Positions 31,285-42,478 of a stretch of DNA of 64,000 nt are shown here, piece by piece. The notes beneath the pieces were generated by a model. The model was not told where the DNA came from and did not search any database. It saw nothing but the letters and a program-made list of their open reading frames with translations. The stretch spans positions 1 through 64,000 of the IMG/VR virus record IMGVR_UViG_3300029309_000010. One strand, written 5' to 3'. Within the stretch, counting starts at the first letter, position 1. Each line of letters opens with the position of its first letter. Made by a program: the position numbers and the translations under genes. Origin of the DNA: a virus.

Positions 31285-32705
31285 GGCCTACCTCCTAAGT
31301 AATAAATATAGTCTTTTTTAAACTTTTCAGAATTTACACCGAGAACTATTCCAGAGCTACTAATCGCAGGTGTATTTACTATGGTTTCATACAAAGGTTC
31401 TTGCAAAACCCCGCTAACCCTACTTAAAGCACCCACCTGCATTTTTGAACCAAATAGCTTTACAGCTATGCTCTCCGACCCAGATATTCCTCTATGCTCT
31501 GAAAATTCTTGAACTGCTCCATCTACATCTCTTAATCCTAAAGTTGCAAATGCATCGTCTCCAGTAGGTAGATATTGAAGTGTTCCATCTGGTTTCAAAT
31601 ATCCCACCTCTTCTTTTACAAATGTCTTAATACCACTAGCTGATAAATTGTTATCAAAAGATCTATATATAAAATACCTATCTCCTTCTCCAGTGTTTAC
31701 ACTGCTGGAGTTAAAGAAGTTTCCTGTTAACATATCTCTACCCGTAGCAAAATCAATGTCTCCTGTTATTTCATATCTATATCCTGTTATGCCAGTTTGA
31801 TATACTGTTGTTTGGCTATATCCAGTTATTCTCTTTTCTGTCTGCTCAGATGTAGATGACTCAGAGTAATCTCCTATCATTCCACTACCCAAAGCAAACA
31901 TTGCTGATGGTGACGCATATCCAGAAACTAAAGCAAAAGAATTCAAACTAACATTTGATGCTCCAGATTTAAAATATTGCGCCTGATCAACTTCAAGTGT
32001 GCCATTATTAGATGGCCTTTCTATAGGCGACCCACCTAGATAAAATCCTGTATTACTTGAGATAGCGGAGGTGTCTACAAAGAACTCATCTTTTTGTATT
32101 TTGTTATTTAAGTAATCATACCTACACATTGAAAGCTGATTTGATCCAATAGAAAAAGATACCAAGTTTCTCTTAGATAACTCTAAAGAACTAGATGTAT
32201 ATATAAAATCACCCTGCTGATTAAATCCTTGATAAAAAAGCTTGCCTCTATCTGTTACTCCAAAATTATAACCTTTTGCTCCAGTTATAACATTTCCATT
32301 TATGGAAGTTGATGTTTTTTCTAATGATCCAAATAAAACACAGTTTTCTACGTTTGTATTAAAATCAAAATCAATAATAACAGATTGATTTGAATACGGC
32401 AAATTACTTGTTCCTGTTACTTTTATATTAGAACCAGTTAAATTTGCGCTATCTTCTTTTAATATAGTTCCAGTTGCAAATTTTTTAGATGAAGCTGGCG
32501 TTGATCCAAAAGCAATAAATATACCACTATATAATCCAGTATCTTTTGATGGCTCAGAATTTTCTATAACACTAAAATTTAATGTGCTTATCTGCCTGTT
32601 TCCCAAGTGTCTTCCACTCATTCCAGAAAATTCATAATGAATCAAGAGTCTTTCACTGCCTCCGAAAGACTCCTGCATTGCATATTGTATACCTGACTGA
32701 CTCAT
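31281..32705 (-). CDS. Putative tail protein, possible LamG/ConA-like domain
   Basis: Tail operon; beta-sandwich-like pattern ending FYLGG; start likely ATG 32705. Confidence 0.55.
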   Translation of the reverse strand: MSQSGIQYAMQESFGGSERLLIHYEFSGMSGRHLGNRQISTLNFSVIENSEPSKDTGLYSGIFIAFGSTPASSKKFATGTILKEDSANLTGSNIKVTGTSNLPYSNQSVIIDFDFNTNVENCVLFGSLEKTSTSINGNVITGAKGYNFGVTDRGKLFYQGFNQQGDFIYTSSSLELSKRNLVSFSIGSNQLSMCRYDYLNNKIQKDEFFVDTSAISSNTGFYLGGSPIERPSNNGTLEVDQAQYFKSGASNVSLNSFALVSGYASPSAMFALGSGMIGDYSESSTSEQTEKRITGYSQTTVYQTGITGYRYEITGDIDFATGRDMLTGNFFNSSSVNTGEGDRYFIYRSFDNNLSASGIKTFVKEEVGYLKPDGTLQYLPTGDDAFATLGLRDVDGAVQEFSEHRGISGSESIAVKLFGSKMQVGALSRVSGVLQEPLYETIVNTPAISSSGIVLGVNSEKFKKDYIYYLGGRP

Positions 32706-32706
32706 A

Positions 32707-34296
32707 TTAATAATATCTACTTGTGTTAAATGATATAGTATCATCATTTAGAGTGCTGCTTTCACTAAAGGTAAATATCCCCGTCAGATGACCGCTTATT
32801 ACTTCTTTCAACTTATCTAAATTGCCAGTATCACCTTCACAATTTGCGGATACTTGAAATTCACCAGCTGTCCTATTGTTTATTTTTTGTTTAGCGAAAC
32901 CACCTAAACTTGGAACAATCCCGCTTAACTCAAGTGGTTTTTTGTCAGTTATAGAAACTTTAAGTCCAGATAATGTTCCAGAAGACAAATCAACTCTATT
33001 GTCAAACTGAACTTCATATGTTATAGAGCTTTGGCTAGGTTTTTTATTTATACTTCTAGATAAAGGCTCTGGATTAATATAGTCTCCACTAATGTGATAT
33101 CCAGTAGCATCTCCAGTAAAGTCTTGTAAAGCCTCTACTGCTAAATTTAAAAATCCAGAACCCACAGATAACCCACTAAATTGTTCGTCTACTTGTAAAA
33201 ATCTACTACCAGTAGCTGGATCACCAGTTCCTAATACATCAAAAGGAGAATTGTATATAAATTCACCATTTACTGTTACATTTACTTTTGAGCTATCTTT
33301 GCTCGCTGAAACAGAAGAAGATCTCTTATGTAATACGTTCCCAACTTGATCAATATTTTCTGGATCAGAAAAAACATAATTAAAATCAACTTTATTCGCT
33401 CCGCTGTCTATTGTAAAAGATGCTGTTTTAGGTCCTCTCTCTATAAAGGTATAAGCACCACTTTCATAATTTGATAAAGATGAAGCTACAGAATTTATCG
33501 CTAATTCTGTTGCTTGAGTTGCTGTGAAAGCCCCTGTATCTATTAACCCATCGTTTTTGACAGCTCCCATGTTCCCCTGAACACTCGCTGTAACATTAAC
33601 AGTTATACCATTTTCTTTCTCAAATGCTATTTGAGTATTTGAAGTTAAAATACCCTCTGCACCACTTCTAGTGTTGTATTTATATACTTCTGATATCTCA
33701 TATGAGCTTTGAGCCTTATCTATATTCTCTGATCTAGAAGTTAAATAACCTGTTTGCCCAGTCAAAAATAAAGATAAATTTTGATATCCTCCAATTCTTG
33801 AGTTTACAAAATTTCTAGCATTCAAAAGGGCATCATTTCCATCTACCTTCAATCCTTTTGCTGACACCCTATGAGAAGCTTCAACTACATTTCCATCAGA
33901 CTCACTGAATGACCAAGTATCAATTGGGTCTGATATTCCAAAAAACTCAGAAAATGTTCCAGAACTATATGATTGAAAATTAACAGAATAAGGTAATACG
34001 GTTGTTAAGTCTGAATCTGAAAAAGAAATTGATTGAGGTTTTGATTTTAAAAAAACTTTATCTTCTACTGAGTTTGATATTGTTAATGTTTCAAAAGTTG
34101 ATAAAAGACCACTAATCATTTGCATTTTTTGCAAATCTAATGCTTTTAAATCTTCACCAGTTAAATTTCCAACTAATTCTATCGAGTCAACAAAGTTGTC
34201 TACTTTTCCTTTGGCATAGACAGGCTCTACTCCCTGACCAACAAATGGAATTGGCTTTGGGAAACTATAAGATCCATATGTAATTGATTCAGACAT
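32707..34296 (-). CDS. Putative tail/baseplate protein
   Basis: Second gene after the TMP; beta-rich. Confidence 0.6.
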   Translation of the reverse strand: MSESITYGSYSFPKPIPFVGQGVEPVYAKGKVDNFVDSIELVGNLTGEDLKALDLQKMQMISGLLSTFETLTISNSVEDKVFLKSKPQSISFSDSDLTTVLPYSVNFQSYSSGTFSEFFGISDPIDTWSFSESDGNVVEASHRVSAKGLKVDGNDALLNARNFVNSRIGGYQNLSLFLTGQTGYLTSRSENIDKAQSSYEISEVYKYNTRSGAEGILTSNTQIAFEKENGITVNVTASVQGNMGAVKNDGLIDTGAFTATQATELAINSVASSLSNYESGAYTFIERGPKTASFTIDSGANKVDFNYVFSDPENIDQVGNVLHKRSSSVSASKDSSKVNVTVNGEFIYNSPFDVLGTGDPATGSRFLQVDEQFSGLSVGSGFLNLAVEALQDFTGDATGYHISGDYINPEPLSRSINKKPSQSSITYEVQFDNRVDLSSGTLSGLKVSITDKKPLELSGIVPSLGGFAKQKINNRTAGEFQVSANCEGDTGNLDKLKEVISGHLTGIFTFSESSTLNDDTISFNTSRYY

Positions 34297-35843
34297 TATG
34301 CATCTAAAAATAAATAATTTATAGTTCTAGTAGCAGAACCCTCTCCTAAATTAACCGAAAAAACATCTGAAGTTATATGAATAATGTTTTCATCTACTAA
34401 TTCATTTAAAGATGATGTTTTTGATTCTAATATTTCTTTCGCTCTATTTATTCCAGCAGTTTGACTAACAACTGCATCTGCCCTAACGGTCGCTTTTCCT
34501 ACAGTTTTTAAATTACTCTGGACTATTTGATCTTCAAGAGTTTCCAAAGCAAGGAATTTATCTATTCTTTTTATTTGGTGATTTTTAGTTAAAGTCTTTT
34601 TTAATTTCAGCAAGCCATCATCTGTAGAATTATATGAATCATCAGTAGTAAATACAACTGACTCATTTATTTTCCCATCTGATTTTAAAAAACTAGTTTG
34701 TCTGCTTTTTTCAAAATATGGAACTGTAGGGTGGAATAGTCTTTGTATCTTATCTATGTAGGTAGTATTTTCATTTATCCAAGACTGCCTAGAGTTTTTA
34801 AATTTTTCCAAAATATTTTTTCCATTAGAATTATATTCTACACTTAAAGTAAACTCATTAAATTTTCCTTTCTTTACTTTTTGACCAGAATAATCAATAA
34901 TATCTGATTGAGATTTTCTTGGGTCAGTAGAAAATGAAATGCTTAAATTAGCTTTGGTGTTATCTCTAGAGATACCTTTTGTTATAGAAAACGGAGTTCC
35001 AAATTCAGCTTCTTCTTCTGATATTTTTAGATCAATGATTGCAGATATGGCTTTAGATAAAATATTTTCAGAATCTAATCTAAGAGCTGTTAAATCTATA
35101 TTAAATATTTTTGTTAAAAATCCTTTATCATCAATTTGCAAATTTACAGTTTCTTTTTTTCCTACATTTAGAGTCTGATTAATAAAGGAAGTGTCTATTT
35201 TCTCAGATAAAGAAACACTTAAATTAATAAGATCATAAGTTTCTGTAATTATTCCTCTAAAGTCTTTATCTATTGTTGCATTTTCTGATATACCATCTTG
35301 CTGAAATCCAAAGTTTGGTCTATTAGCAAAATAATAATTAGTTAAAAATGTTTTAGCATTATTTAAAAATTGATCTCCAGCCTCTTGTTTATATTGTATA
35401 CTAATATTTCTATTGGAGCTGTAATCTGGCCCACTCCTAGAAAAATCATACGATTCAGAAAAGTTTTCTAAAGCATGTGGGTTTGGTATGAATTTAGCGA
35501 ATTGAGTCCCTGCATATCCATCTAACCTTCTAGATTCTTCTATAGAAATATTAACATTCTCTGATCCGACTAAAGATCCTGCCTCAAAATTGTAAGATGT
35601 TATTCTCCCATTTAAATATTCATCTGCTCCTATTCTGGCTGTTATGTTTTGTCTGTTGTAAACACTTGAAATAGCGTCTCTTCCTTTTAATAATGTCGTA
35701 TCATTTTTTACTACATTAATGTCAGATATATTAATTACATAATTACCTACTACATTATAAGAAAACAATTCCTCTGTATTTAAATAATTGTAACTTATCT
35801 CAACAGATGAGGATAATACATTTGTTACTATTAGTGAGGACAT
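34296..35843 (-). CDS. Putative distal tail/hub protein
   Basis: Immediately follows the TMP; shares local patterns with 32707-34296 (ESYDFS/DTWSFS, LNNAKTF/LLNARNF). Confidence 0.6.
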   Translation of the reverse strand: MSSLIVTNVLSSSVEISYNYLNTEELFSYNVVGNYVINISDINVVKNDTTLLKGRDAISSVYNRQNITARIGADEYLNGRITSYNFEAGSLVGSENVNISIEESRRLDGYAGTQFAKFIPNPHALENFSESYDFSRSGPDYSSNRNISIQYKQEAGDQFLNNAKTFLTNYYFANRPNFGFQQDGISENATIDKDFRGIITETYDLINLSVSLSEKIDTSFINQTLNVGKKETVNLQIDDKGFLTKIFNIDLTALRLDSENILSKAISAIIDLKISEEEAEFGTPFSITKGISRDNTKANLSISFSTDPRKSQSDIIDYSGQKVKKGKFNEFTLSVEYNSNGKNILEKFKNSRQSWINENTTYIDKIQRLFHPTVPYFEKSRQTSFLKSDGKINESVVFTTDDSYNSTDDGLLKLKKTLTKNHQIKRIDKFLALETLEDQIVQSNLKTVGKATVRADAVVSQTAGINRAKEILESKTSSLNELVDENIIHITSDVFSVNLGEGSATRTINYLFLDA

Positions 35844-35857
35844 TTTTATTTATGATA

Positions 35858-38800
35858 TTATTCTTTCTCAACTAAAGCCATTCTAGCTTCAAGGTCAGAT
35901 ATTTTACCTTCTATGTTATTTATCATAGTCTCTTGTCTACCTACAAATTGTTGCTGTGTATCAATTAATGTATTAGTATCTTTTATAGTATCTGTGATAT
36001 TTGTGCTAAAGTTTTTAAATGTAGCTAAACCTTTTGATGCAGTTTGTAATTCTTTTGTTAATTCTAATACAATTGTAGTAACATTACCTGCGTCTTCATC
36101 TCCCTTGAACATTTTATTTAGATTTGCAAAATTGCTTTTCGCCTCTCTCATCTCTGCACCCAAATTCTTCTGTGCTTCTTCTAACTGATCTATAGACTCT
36201 GTATCTCTTCCCGATTGAAGATTTTGCAATTCAGTAATAGCGCCTCCACCAGCTTGACTTCCAATTATATCTCTTGAAGATTGTGTCCCTATTAACGACC
36301 TCTCTATAGTTTGGTCTATTCCCTGTAAAACTTCTGCCAACCCTTCATCTAGAACCCTTAAACCATCTAATACGTTTACTTTATCAAAACCTCCTTCAGC
36401 TAGTGCAGCTTTAACTTTTTCTAGTTCTCTAGCTATGCCAAGCGCCTCTTCTTCTGTGAAATCTTCTGAACCTCTCGCCTTTCTTTTGTTTTCTGCGCCA
36501 CCAATAGCTGAACGTAGTGCTTCAACAGATGGCATTATGTTAGATATGTTTGTCCCTCTTTCTCCTTTCGCAATAGCACTGATTTCAGATAGTGTTCCCT
36601 TAGTATTACCAGTTCTTATTTCGGCGATTCTTTTTCTATTCTTCTCCATTTCATCACTGGCCTTAACAACTCTGTTAGCGAAGTTCACCGCCGCATTTTC
36701 AACTTTTGCTTTTAAGTTGTCACCAGCTTTATTTATATCTTGTTGAAGTTTTTCTAATTCACCCTCATCTGCGCCCCTCCTTTCTGCTCTATCGAATTCA
36801 AGTTGAGCATCAGCTCTGGCTTGTTTAGCCACGTTTACGTCTGCTAACATTGCCTTTTGCTCAGAAGCTGCTCTAACAGCATCTCCCATAGGCCCAGTTG
36901 CAAAATCTCCCAACTGGGACCTCATTGTTGCTTTAGACAATTGATCTGCTGTAATTTGAACCATATCTTTTCTACCATTAGCCAAATCACTTGTTGCCCT
37001 TTGTAATTCTAAATTTGCTCTAAATATTTGTTCCTTAAGAGGGTTTACTCTTGCATTATACTTTCTTTCAGCTTCTGCACTGCTAAACATTTCTCCTGAT
37101 GCAGCCTTAGCTGCGTCTATTAAAGCTTTTTGTGCATCTTTTATTTTTTTAAGACCTACTGTTTCTCCTTTAGCCTGTGCATCAATTTGATCTGCCCTAT
37201 TTTGCAAAGCTTTATTATATCTATCTAATAAACCTTGAGCTTGCTCATTTCCTTCGGCAGCAGCTACTTTATTTAAATTCTCTACAACTGATCTATTGAA
37301 ATCACCCACCGACATCCCAAGGCTTCCTTCTTCTCTAGCTTTTGTCTTACTTTCTATTTTTCTATTATCGACTTCTATGTCTGCCATGTCAGCAGAACCT
37401 TGAAAGACTTTATCTCCAGCAAAGGCACCAATAGCTCCACCTATCAAAGCTCCAACAATAGGTATAGGAATAGCAGCCTGACCTATAAGTGCGCCAGCTG
37501 CTGCCCCGCCCATAGTCGTTGCTGATTCCTTAATTCTACCGCTCTTTTGTTTGCCCTCTAAATCTTTGTCAAGCAATGTGCTCCCTATTTGAAAAGCTCC
37601 AACACCTAGAGTTCCAGCAACTCCCAGTCTTCCAGCTAGCTTGCCTCCTCCTTGCATTAAAAGTTTGTTCCGTGCGGCTTTCCCCCCGATGCCCTTTTTG
37701 CCACTCATAGCACCCGCTCTCTTGGCAGCGCTTAATTTTTTTAGATTTCCTTTACCAGCAATCAAATTCCCTGCAAAACCTCCCACTTTTCCTCCAGTAA
37801 GCATATTTAAAGTAGCAAATGCTGATAAAGCAATAAATGCCTTATTAGCACCATCAGCTAATTTAACTATAGCGTCTGCTCCCCTTTTTTCTTGCTCTGT
37901 TTTACGCTCTATTGATTTTATATTATTTTGCAATGCACTAAAGCTAGTCTTGTCAATCGCAGCTCTTTCTTTTAGTGATTGTATTCTTGATTCAGATTCG
38001 TCCTGAATCACATTGTCACTTTGCTCAACACTCGAAGTAAAAGTATTTAACGCTCCCTGTAATAAACCAATCCCCATAAAAAGTCCAATTCCAGCTCCAC
38101 CTCCACTTCCAGACCCACTCCCGCTTTTACTTGTAGCGCCTTTAGCAAACTTCGGCATAAATCCTCCAGCAAAACCTTTTTTACCTGCTGTAAGTCTCCT
38201 CCTTGGTTGTATAGTAAATTTTTTATCATTAGCTAATTTTTTAGCAAAGCTAGCTACACTATTAGCTCCAGCGTTTTCTTTATAATCAAATATGTTTGCC
38301 GATTTAGGCGTGACCCCAAAAAGTTTTACTGTATCTGCTCTTTTTTCAGCAGAAACTCTTTTTATATCAAAATCTCCACCATCTACTTTTCTTGCTGGAC
38401 TTATGCCAAGACCAACATTAACAGCAGCTTCAAAAGCAGCACCAACAGCCCCTCTTAACGCGCCCTTCCCCCCTCCTTGCCTTTGCAGCATTCTTCTTAT
38501 TTCAGAAGGTTTTGGCTTGCCCAAAAGAGGACGCAATAATCCTGCATAATTTGCTGCACTTTTACTTATGCTATCTGTTACGTTTTTTCTTAATCTTTCA
38601 TCTTGAGGATCAGCTGCTTGATCAACAGCTTTAGGAACTTTTGGCCCAAATACACCTAATTTTTTACCATACTCAAAGCCCATTGGCTTCCCCCTAAATT
38701 TAAATCTTCCGCGAGTTCCAGCAGGTATGCTTCCACTAAATCCAATGCTTGGCACAAGCATCGCAGAGTTTTGTGGGTTAACTACAGCCACATCTTCCAT

Positions 38801-40756
38801 GTCTTGTCCTTTAAGAGATCTTTGTCTTCTTAAAGCAGCAGCTTTCGCATCTCTATCCGACTGTGCAGAACCTCTTCCTATGCCAGCGAATTTTTTAGTG
38901 CCCATAAAACCCTTCAAGGCAGAGCCGCTCATTTGACTAATTTGAGCAGGATTTTTTCCTAACATTCCCCCTATAGCATATCTAGGCAAATTTCCTCCTG
39001 CATACATAGGTATAACGGCAGAGTTCCCACCAGCAAAGTTGGGTATCTCCATCTCTGCGTTATTCATAACGAATCTTTGCCCGTTTATTCTGCCTTTTCC
39101 AAAATGAGCCTGAACATTAGGTGGCGCTCCAAGCATCCTAGCCGTTGCTTCTTCTTCTAAAAATCCTGTTGCAAAAGCCCTGCCTCTTCTACCTCTAGTA
39201 AAAACACCTGAAGCAGATACTCCACTAACCCCTCTTGAAGCAGCAGCTGCGGCCAAAGATCGCATTAAAGTAGCTTGAGTTTGCAGAAGAGCATTTTCTC
39301 TCTGTATAGCTTGTATAACAGCTTGTTCTTTTTGAGCTTGACTGGCTGTCGTGCTTGCGATCTGCTTCCTTAAGTTTCCATCTCTTTGCAAAAGCCCAAC
39401 TATTCCAGTTTCAATATTTTTTATTCTTTCGCTTTGTGTTCCTATAGTGAACAAAGATTTAAGGCCATCTCCAGCAAACTTAGCTACTAATTTAAATATT
39501 TTAATAAAAGCTCCAGTAAATATAACAATAGCAGGACCACTTAAAAATGATCCTATAGTTTTAAATAAACCTTTTACAAATACATTTCCCTTCTCTGGAT
39601 CTAGAGCAGAGTCTAAGGCTTCTGTGATCTTGCTGGCTATGCCGACTAAACCCTCAACAACAGGACCGAATGTTATGCTACCTATTTTTTCAGATAAGCT
39701 AGTAAGCCCTTGAACTAATGAATTTATTTGAGCCGAAATTGTTTTGTTTAGTGCCGCATTTTTTTCAAAAGCTTCATTCGTTGCATTTGCAGCAGTTTGA
39801 GCCGCACCTTTAAATATAGAGGTCTCACTACTTAAATCTTTTAAGGCAGCACTGACTACGTTAATTTGAAAAACCCCACCAGCTAGCTCTTTTATTTTAG
39901 ATACAACAGTTGGATCTGATATTCCCTCTATGGCTTTTGAAAGAGCATTTAGCTTTTGAATTCCTGTCTGACTAGCATCAATCGCAACTCCTAATTCTTT
40001 TAATTCTTCAATTGTTGTTCCGCGCTGTAATCTTGTAAAAATTGATTTAAATGCGTTACCAATAACAGCACCACCTCTGGCCGTCTTCTGTTCAACAGCT
40101 GTAACAAGACCAAGCAATTGGTCAAAACTTACTCCCGCATCCTCTGCCGTAGATCCAGCCCGACTAAATGCCTCTGCCAAATCTTGAGCAGAGACAGCAA
40201 ATGCTGTATCAACAGCAACTAATTTATTTACAATTTGATTAGCACTCAGTCCAGCGGAAGCAAATCCATTGATGGCAGCAGTTAAAGCTTTAACAGATTT
40301 TTCTGCATCTAATCCAGATATTCTTGTTAATACCAAAGACGCTTTTAATCTTTTAGCTGTTTCCTCTGCACTTAAACCCTGCCTAGCTAATTCAGCAGCA
40401 CCATCAGCTACAGTCCCAAAAGCTTGACCAGTTTCCTTGGCTACTGCAAAAATAGAGTTTCTAAATTTGTTAAACTGAACATCAGTTGCTTGGAATATAG
40501 AGTTTATCTCTACCAGCTTTTTTTCTACCTCAATAGTGGTCGAAACTAATTTTTTAAATGATTGGGTGACACTGTTCAGAACAGCGGTTGTTGCTCCGAA
40601 AGCAAAAACACGCGCAGTAGAGGCGTCTAGAGATTTTTGAAACTCAGAAGCCTGTCCTGTAATTCTTCCTAGAGCTTGCTGAACCTGCTTTGTAGAGGCG
40701 TTTAAACTCTGTGGATTAAGACTTACATTTAAAGAAGCATTTAAACTAGTGGGCAT
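35858..40756 (-). CDS. Tail tape measure protein (TP901-like core)
   Basis: 1632 aa; ELARQGL, DLAEA.SRAGS.A..AGVS, IGNAFKSIF.RL core; Ala/Gly-rich, coiled-coil and hydrophobic segments. Confidence 0.92.
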   Translation of the reverse strand: MPTSLNASLNVSLNPQSLNASTKQVQQALGRITGQASEFQKSLDASTARVFAFGATTAVLNSVTQSFKKLVSTTIEVEKKLVEINSIFQATDVQFNKFRNSIFAVAKETGQAFGTVADGAAELARQGLSAEETAKRLKASLVLTRISGLDAEKSVKALTAAINGFASAGLSANQIVNKLVAVDTAFAVSAQDLAEAFSRAGSTAEDAGVSFDQLLGLVTAVEQKTARGGAVIGNAFKSIFTRLQRGTTIEELKELGVAIDASQTGIQKLNALSKAIEGISDPTVVSKIKELAGGVFQINVVSAALKDLSSETSIFKGAAQTAANATNEAFEKNAALNKTISAQINSLVQGLTSLSEKIGSITFGPVVEGLVGIASKITEALDSALDPEKGNVFVKGLFKTIGSFLSGPAIVIFTGAFIKIFKLVAKFAGDGLKSLFTIGTQSERIKNIETGIVGLLQRDGNLRKQIASTTASQAQKEQAVIQAIQRENALLQTQATLMRSLAAAAASRGVSGVSASGVFTRGRRGRAFATGFLEEEATARMLGAPPNVQAHFGKGRINGQRFVMNNAEMEIPNFAGGNSAVIPMYAGGNLPRYAIGGMLGKNPAQISQMSGSALKGFMGTKKFAGIGRGSAQSDRDAKAAALRRQRSLKGQDMEDVAVVNPQNSAMLVPSIGFSGSIPAGTRGRFKFRGKPMGFEYGKKLGVFGPKVPKAVDQAADPQDERLRKNVTDSISKSAANYAGLLRPLLGKPKPSEIRRMLQRQGGGKGALRGAVGAAFEAAVNVGLGISPARKVDGGDFDIKRVSAEKRADTVKLFGVTPKSANIFDYKENAGANSVASFAKKLANDKKFTIQPRRRLTAGKKGFAGGFMPKFAKGATSKSGSGSGSGGGAGIGLFMGIGLLQGALNTFTSSVEQSDNVIQDESESRIQSLKERAAIDKTSFSALQNNIKSIERKTEQEKRGADAIVKLADGANKAFIALSAFATLNMLTGGKVGGFAGNLIAGKGNLKKLSAAKRAGAMSGKKGIGGKAARNKLLMQGGGKLAGRLGVAGTLGVGAFQIGSTLLDKDLEGKQKSGRIKESATTMGGAAAGALIGQAAIPIPIVGALIGGAIGAFAGDKVFQGSADMADIEVDNRKIESKTKAREEGSLGMSVGDFNRSVVENLNKVAAAEGNEQAQGLLDRYNKALQNRADQIDAQAKGETVGLKKIKDAQKALIDAAKAASGEMFSSAEAERKYNARVNPLKEQIFRANLELQRATSDLANGRKDMVQITADQLSKATMRSQLGDFATGPMGDAVRAASEQKAMLADVNVAKQARADAQLEFDRAERRGADEGELEKLQQDINKAGDNLKAKVENAAVNFANRVVKASDEMEKNRKRIAEIRTGNTKGTLSEISAIAKGERGTNISNIMPSVEALRSAIGGAENKRKARGSEDFTEEEALGIARELEKVKAALAEGGFDKVNVLDGLRVLDEGLAEVLQGIDQTIERSLIGTQSSRDIIGSQAGGGAITELQNLQSGRDTESIDQLEEAQKNLGAEMREAKSNFANLNKMFKGDEDAGNVTTIVLELTKELQTASKGLATFKNFSTNITDTIKDTNTLIDTQQQFVGRQETMINNIEGKISDLEARMALVEKE

Positions 40757-40775
40757 ATAGTGTATTTTACACCTA

Positions 40776-41648
40776 TCAGCTTAAAAAGTCCTCTGCTTTC
40801 AGTTCGCCACCCCTAGCTTTTGCTTTTGCTTTTAAATCACTTACTCCATGACTAACTTTTGCATCATTATGCTCTTTTTCCTCATAATCAATCATTTTTA
40901 CAGGGTCTCCATATATTTCATCTGGAATCCTAGTATTTTTCATCTTTTGAAATAATGCGTTGCTCAATATTAATAAATTTTTTTGAAAAGATGTAATTGT
41001 TGAAAAATTCTTACCTATCATTTTCATGCCCCCACTTTTTTCAGCAACAAATAAATCAAAAAACCCCCCGTGATAAGATGCATTTAGTATGCATTCTTTA
41101 CTATTGAGTTCGTTGTATTTTTTAAACAATTGTATTGTAATCAAAACCTCATGATCTTCATCATATTCTTTTTTAGTCAAAGACTCGTTAGAATAAACAG
41201 AAGAATCAACCATTCTTTTTATTTTTTTTACTTCTGCTGCATGTTCCGCACTATATGAAGTTATTTTAGACCTATCTTCTTTTATGCTCTTGAGTTCATC
41301 TTCTTGATTTTTAATCTGCTGCAAAAAGAACTTTTTCTGATTTACATCTTGTATTTTAGATAAAGCACTATTGGATTTTTTTAAAGTCCAACTCAAAGAC
41401 TTTAATTTCTCTTCTTTGTTTATTGACCAAAATCCTTTTTTTATAGCATGGTCAATTAATTCTTTCTCTGATTTAATTCCAGAATTAATAGATTTTTTTA
41501 TATCTATCTCAGAAAGATACTCTAATTCAAGCATCCTAACAACTGTAAAATGCTCAAAATAATAGTTTTTATCTTTACATTCTAGGATGCTTTTTCCTTC
41601 TATTATTTCAAATAGATTTCTTGAGTGACTAAGATCATTGGCCTTCAT
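40776..41648 (-). CDS. Putative tail assembly chaperone 2
   Basis: Directly upstream of the TMP; charged and helical. Confidence 0.5.
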   Translation of the reverse strand: MKANDLSHSRNLFEIIEGKSILECKDKNYYFEHFTVVRMLELEYLSEIDIKKSINSGIKSEKELIDHAIKKGFWSINKEEKLKSLSWTLKKSNSALSKIQDVNQKKFFLQQIKNQEDELKSIKEDRSKITSYSAEHAAEVKKIKRMVDSSVYSNESLTKKEYDEDHEVLITIQLFKKYNELNSKECILNASYHGGFFDLFVAEKSGGMKMIGKNFSTITSFQKNLLILSNALFQKMKNTRIPDEIYGDPVKMIDYEEKEHNDAKVSHGVSDLKAKAKARGGELKAEDFLS

Positions 41649-42444
41649 CTAAAGACTTTTCGTTATCTACATCAAATAAATCTTTCATAGCTTTATCAAT
41701 AGATTCCTGATCAGTCCCTAGTTTATTATAGTATATGCTAGCGACCTTAATTAATGTATCAAAACAGTCTTCATACAATTTTTGAGACCTAACAAAAATT
41801 GCATCTTCAAGCTGATCGTCAGAAGGGTCTTGCAGACTTATCATATACCTTCTTTTTTGCTCGTAGGAGTCTCCTTCAAATATAGGGAATAATTCTTTTT
41901 TTTCATTCAAGGTTTGCTCAAAAAAAGAAAAGTTAAGAACAATCCACTCTATTACTTTAACTTCTGCTTTTGCATCTGCTGTTTGACTAAACTGTGCCCT
42001 CATGTTAGTCTCATAATCATGTATAGCAGTCTTTGTAGCAGCGAATATTGCTTTTGCCTCTTTTAGTTGCTCTTCTTGTGCTTCGGTTAAATCTTTAGCT
42101 CCTGCAAAAAACTCTATGGTTCTAGAAGCCTCGATATTATCCATAACAGTTTGTTCCATGCCCTCTTGTGTTGTTTTTGAAGTGATACCTCCTATATCAC
42201 CCATTTTTTTAGACAACATTGCTTTTGTTAAAAAACCAGCATTTATAAATTCATTGAATTTTTGACCGTAGAAAAATTCAGCATCTTCTAAATCCATGAT
42301 GGAAGGCTTTAAAAAAACAATCTTGTTTTTAAGGGTTTCCTTAACTATTTTGGTTGTTTCTACTGAACCTTTTTTAGTTTTTTTTATATGAGGAACCTCT
42401 TTTTCTATAGTCCTTTCGGAGTCGAATGAATACAATTCTTTCAT
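41635..42444 (-). CDS. Putative tail assembly chaperone 1
   Basis: Between tail tube genes and the TMP; charged and helical. Confidence 0.5.
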   Translation of the reverse strand: MKELYSFDSERTIEKEVPHIKKTKKGSVETTKIVKETLKNKIVFLKPSIMDLEDAEFFYGQKFNEFINAGFLTKAMLSKKMGDIGGITSKTTQEGMEQTVMDNIEASRTIEFFAGAKDLTEAQEEQLKEAKAIFAATKTAIHDYETNMRAQFSQTADAKAEVKVIEWIVLNFSFFEQTLNEKKELFPIFEGDSYEQKRRYMISLQDPSDDQLEDAIFVRSQKLYEDCFDTLIKVASIYYNKLGTDQESIDKAMKDLFDVDNEKSLDEGQ

Positions 42445-42450
42445 TTATAT

Positions 42451-42478
42451 ATTATATAAATAAAAGCATAAATGTCAA
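42451..42478 (-). promoter_or_regulatory. Consensus sigma70 promoter, leaderless geometry
   Basis: TTGACA-16-TATAAT-6 nt-ATG(42444). Confidence 0.7.

Noticed and set aside
41635-41700. Programmed -1 frameshift between tail chaperones
   Set aside because: No clear XXXYYYZ heptamer near the overlap, and the second ORF has its own ATG.
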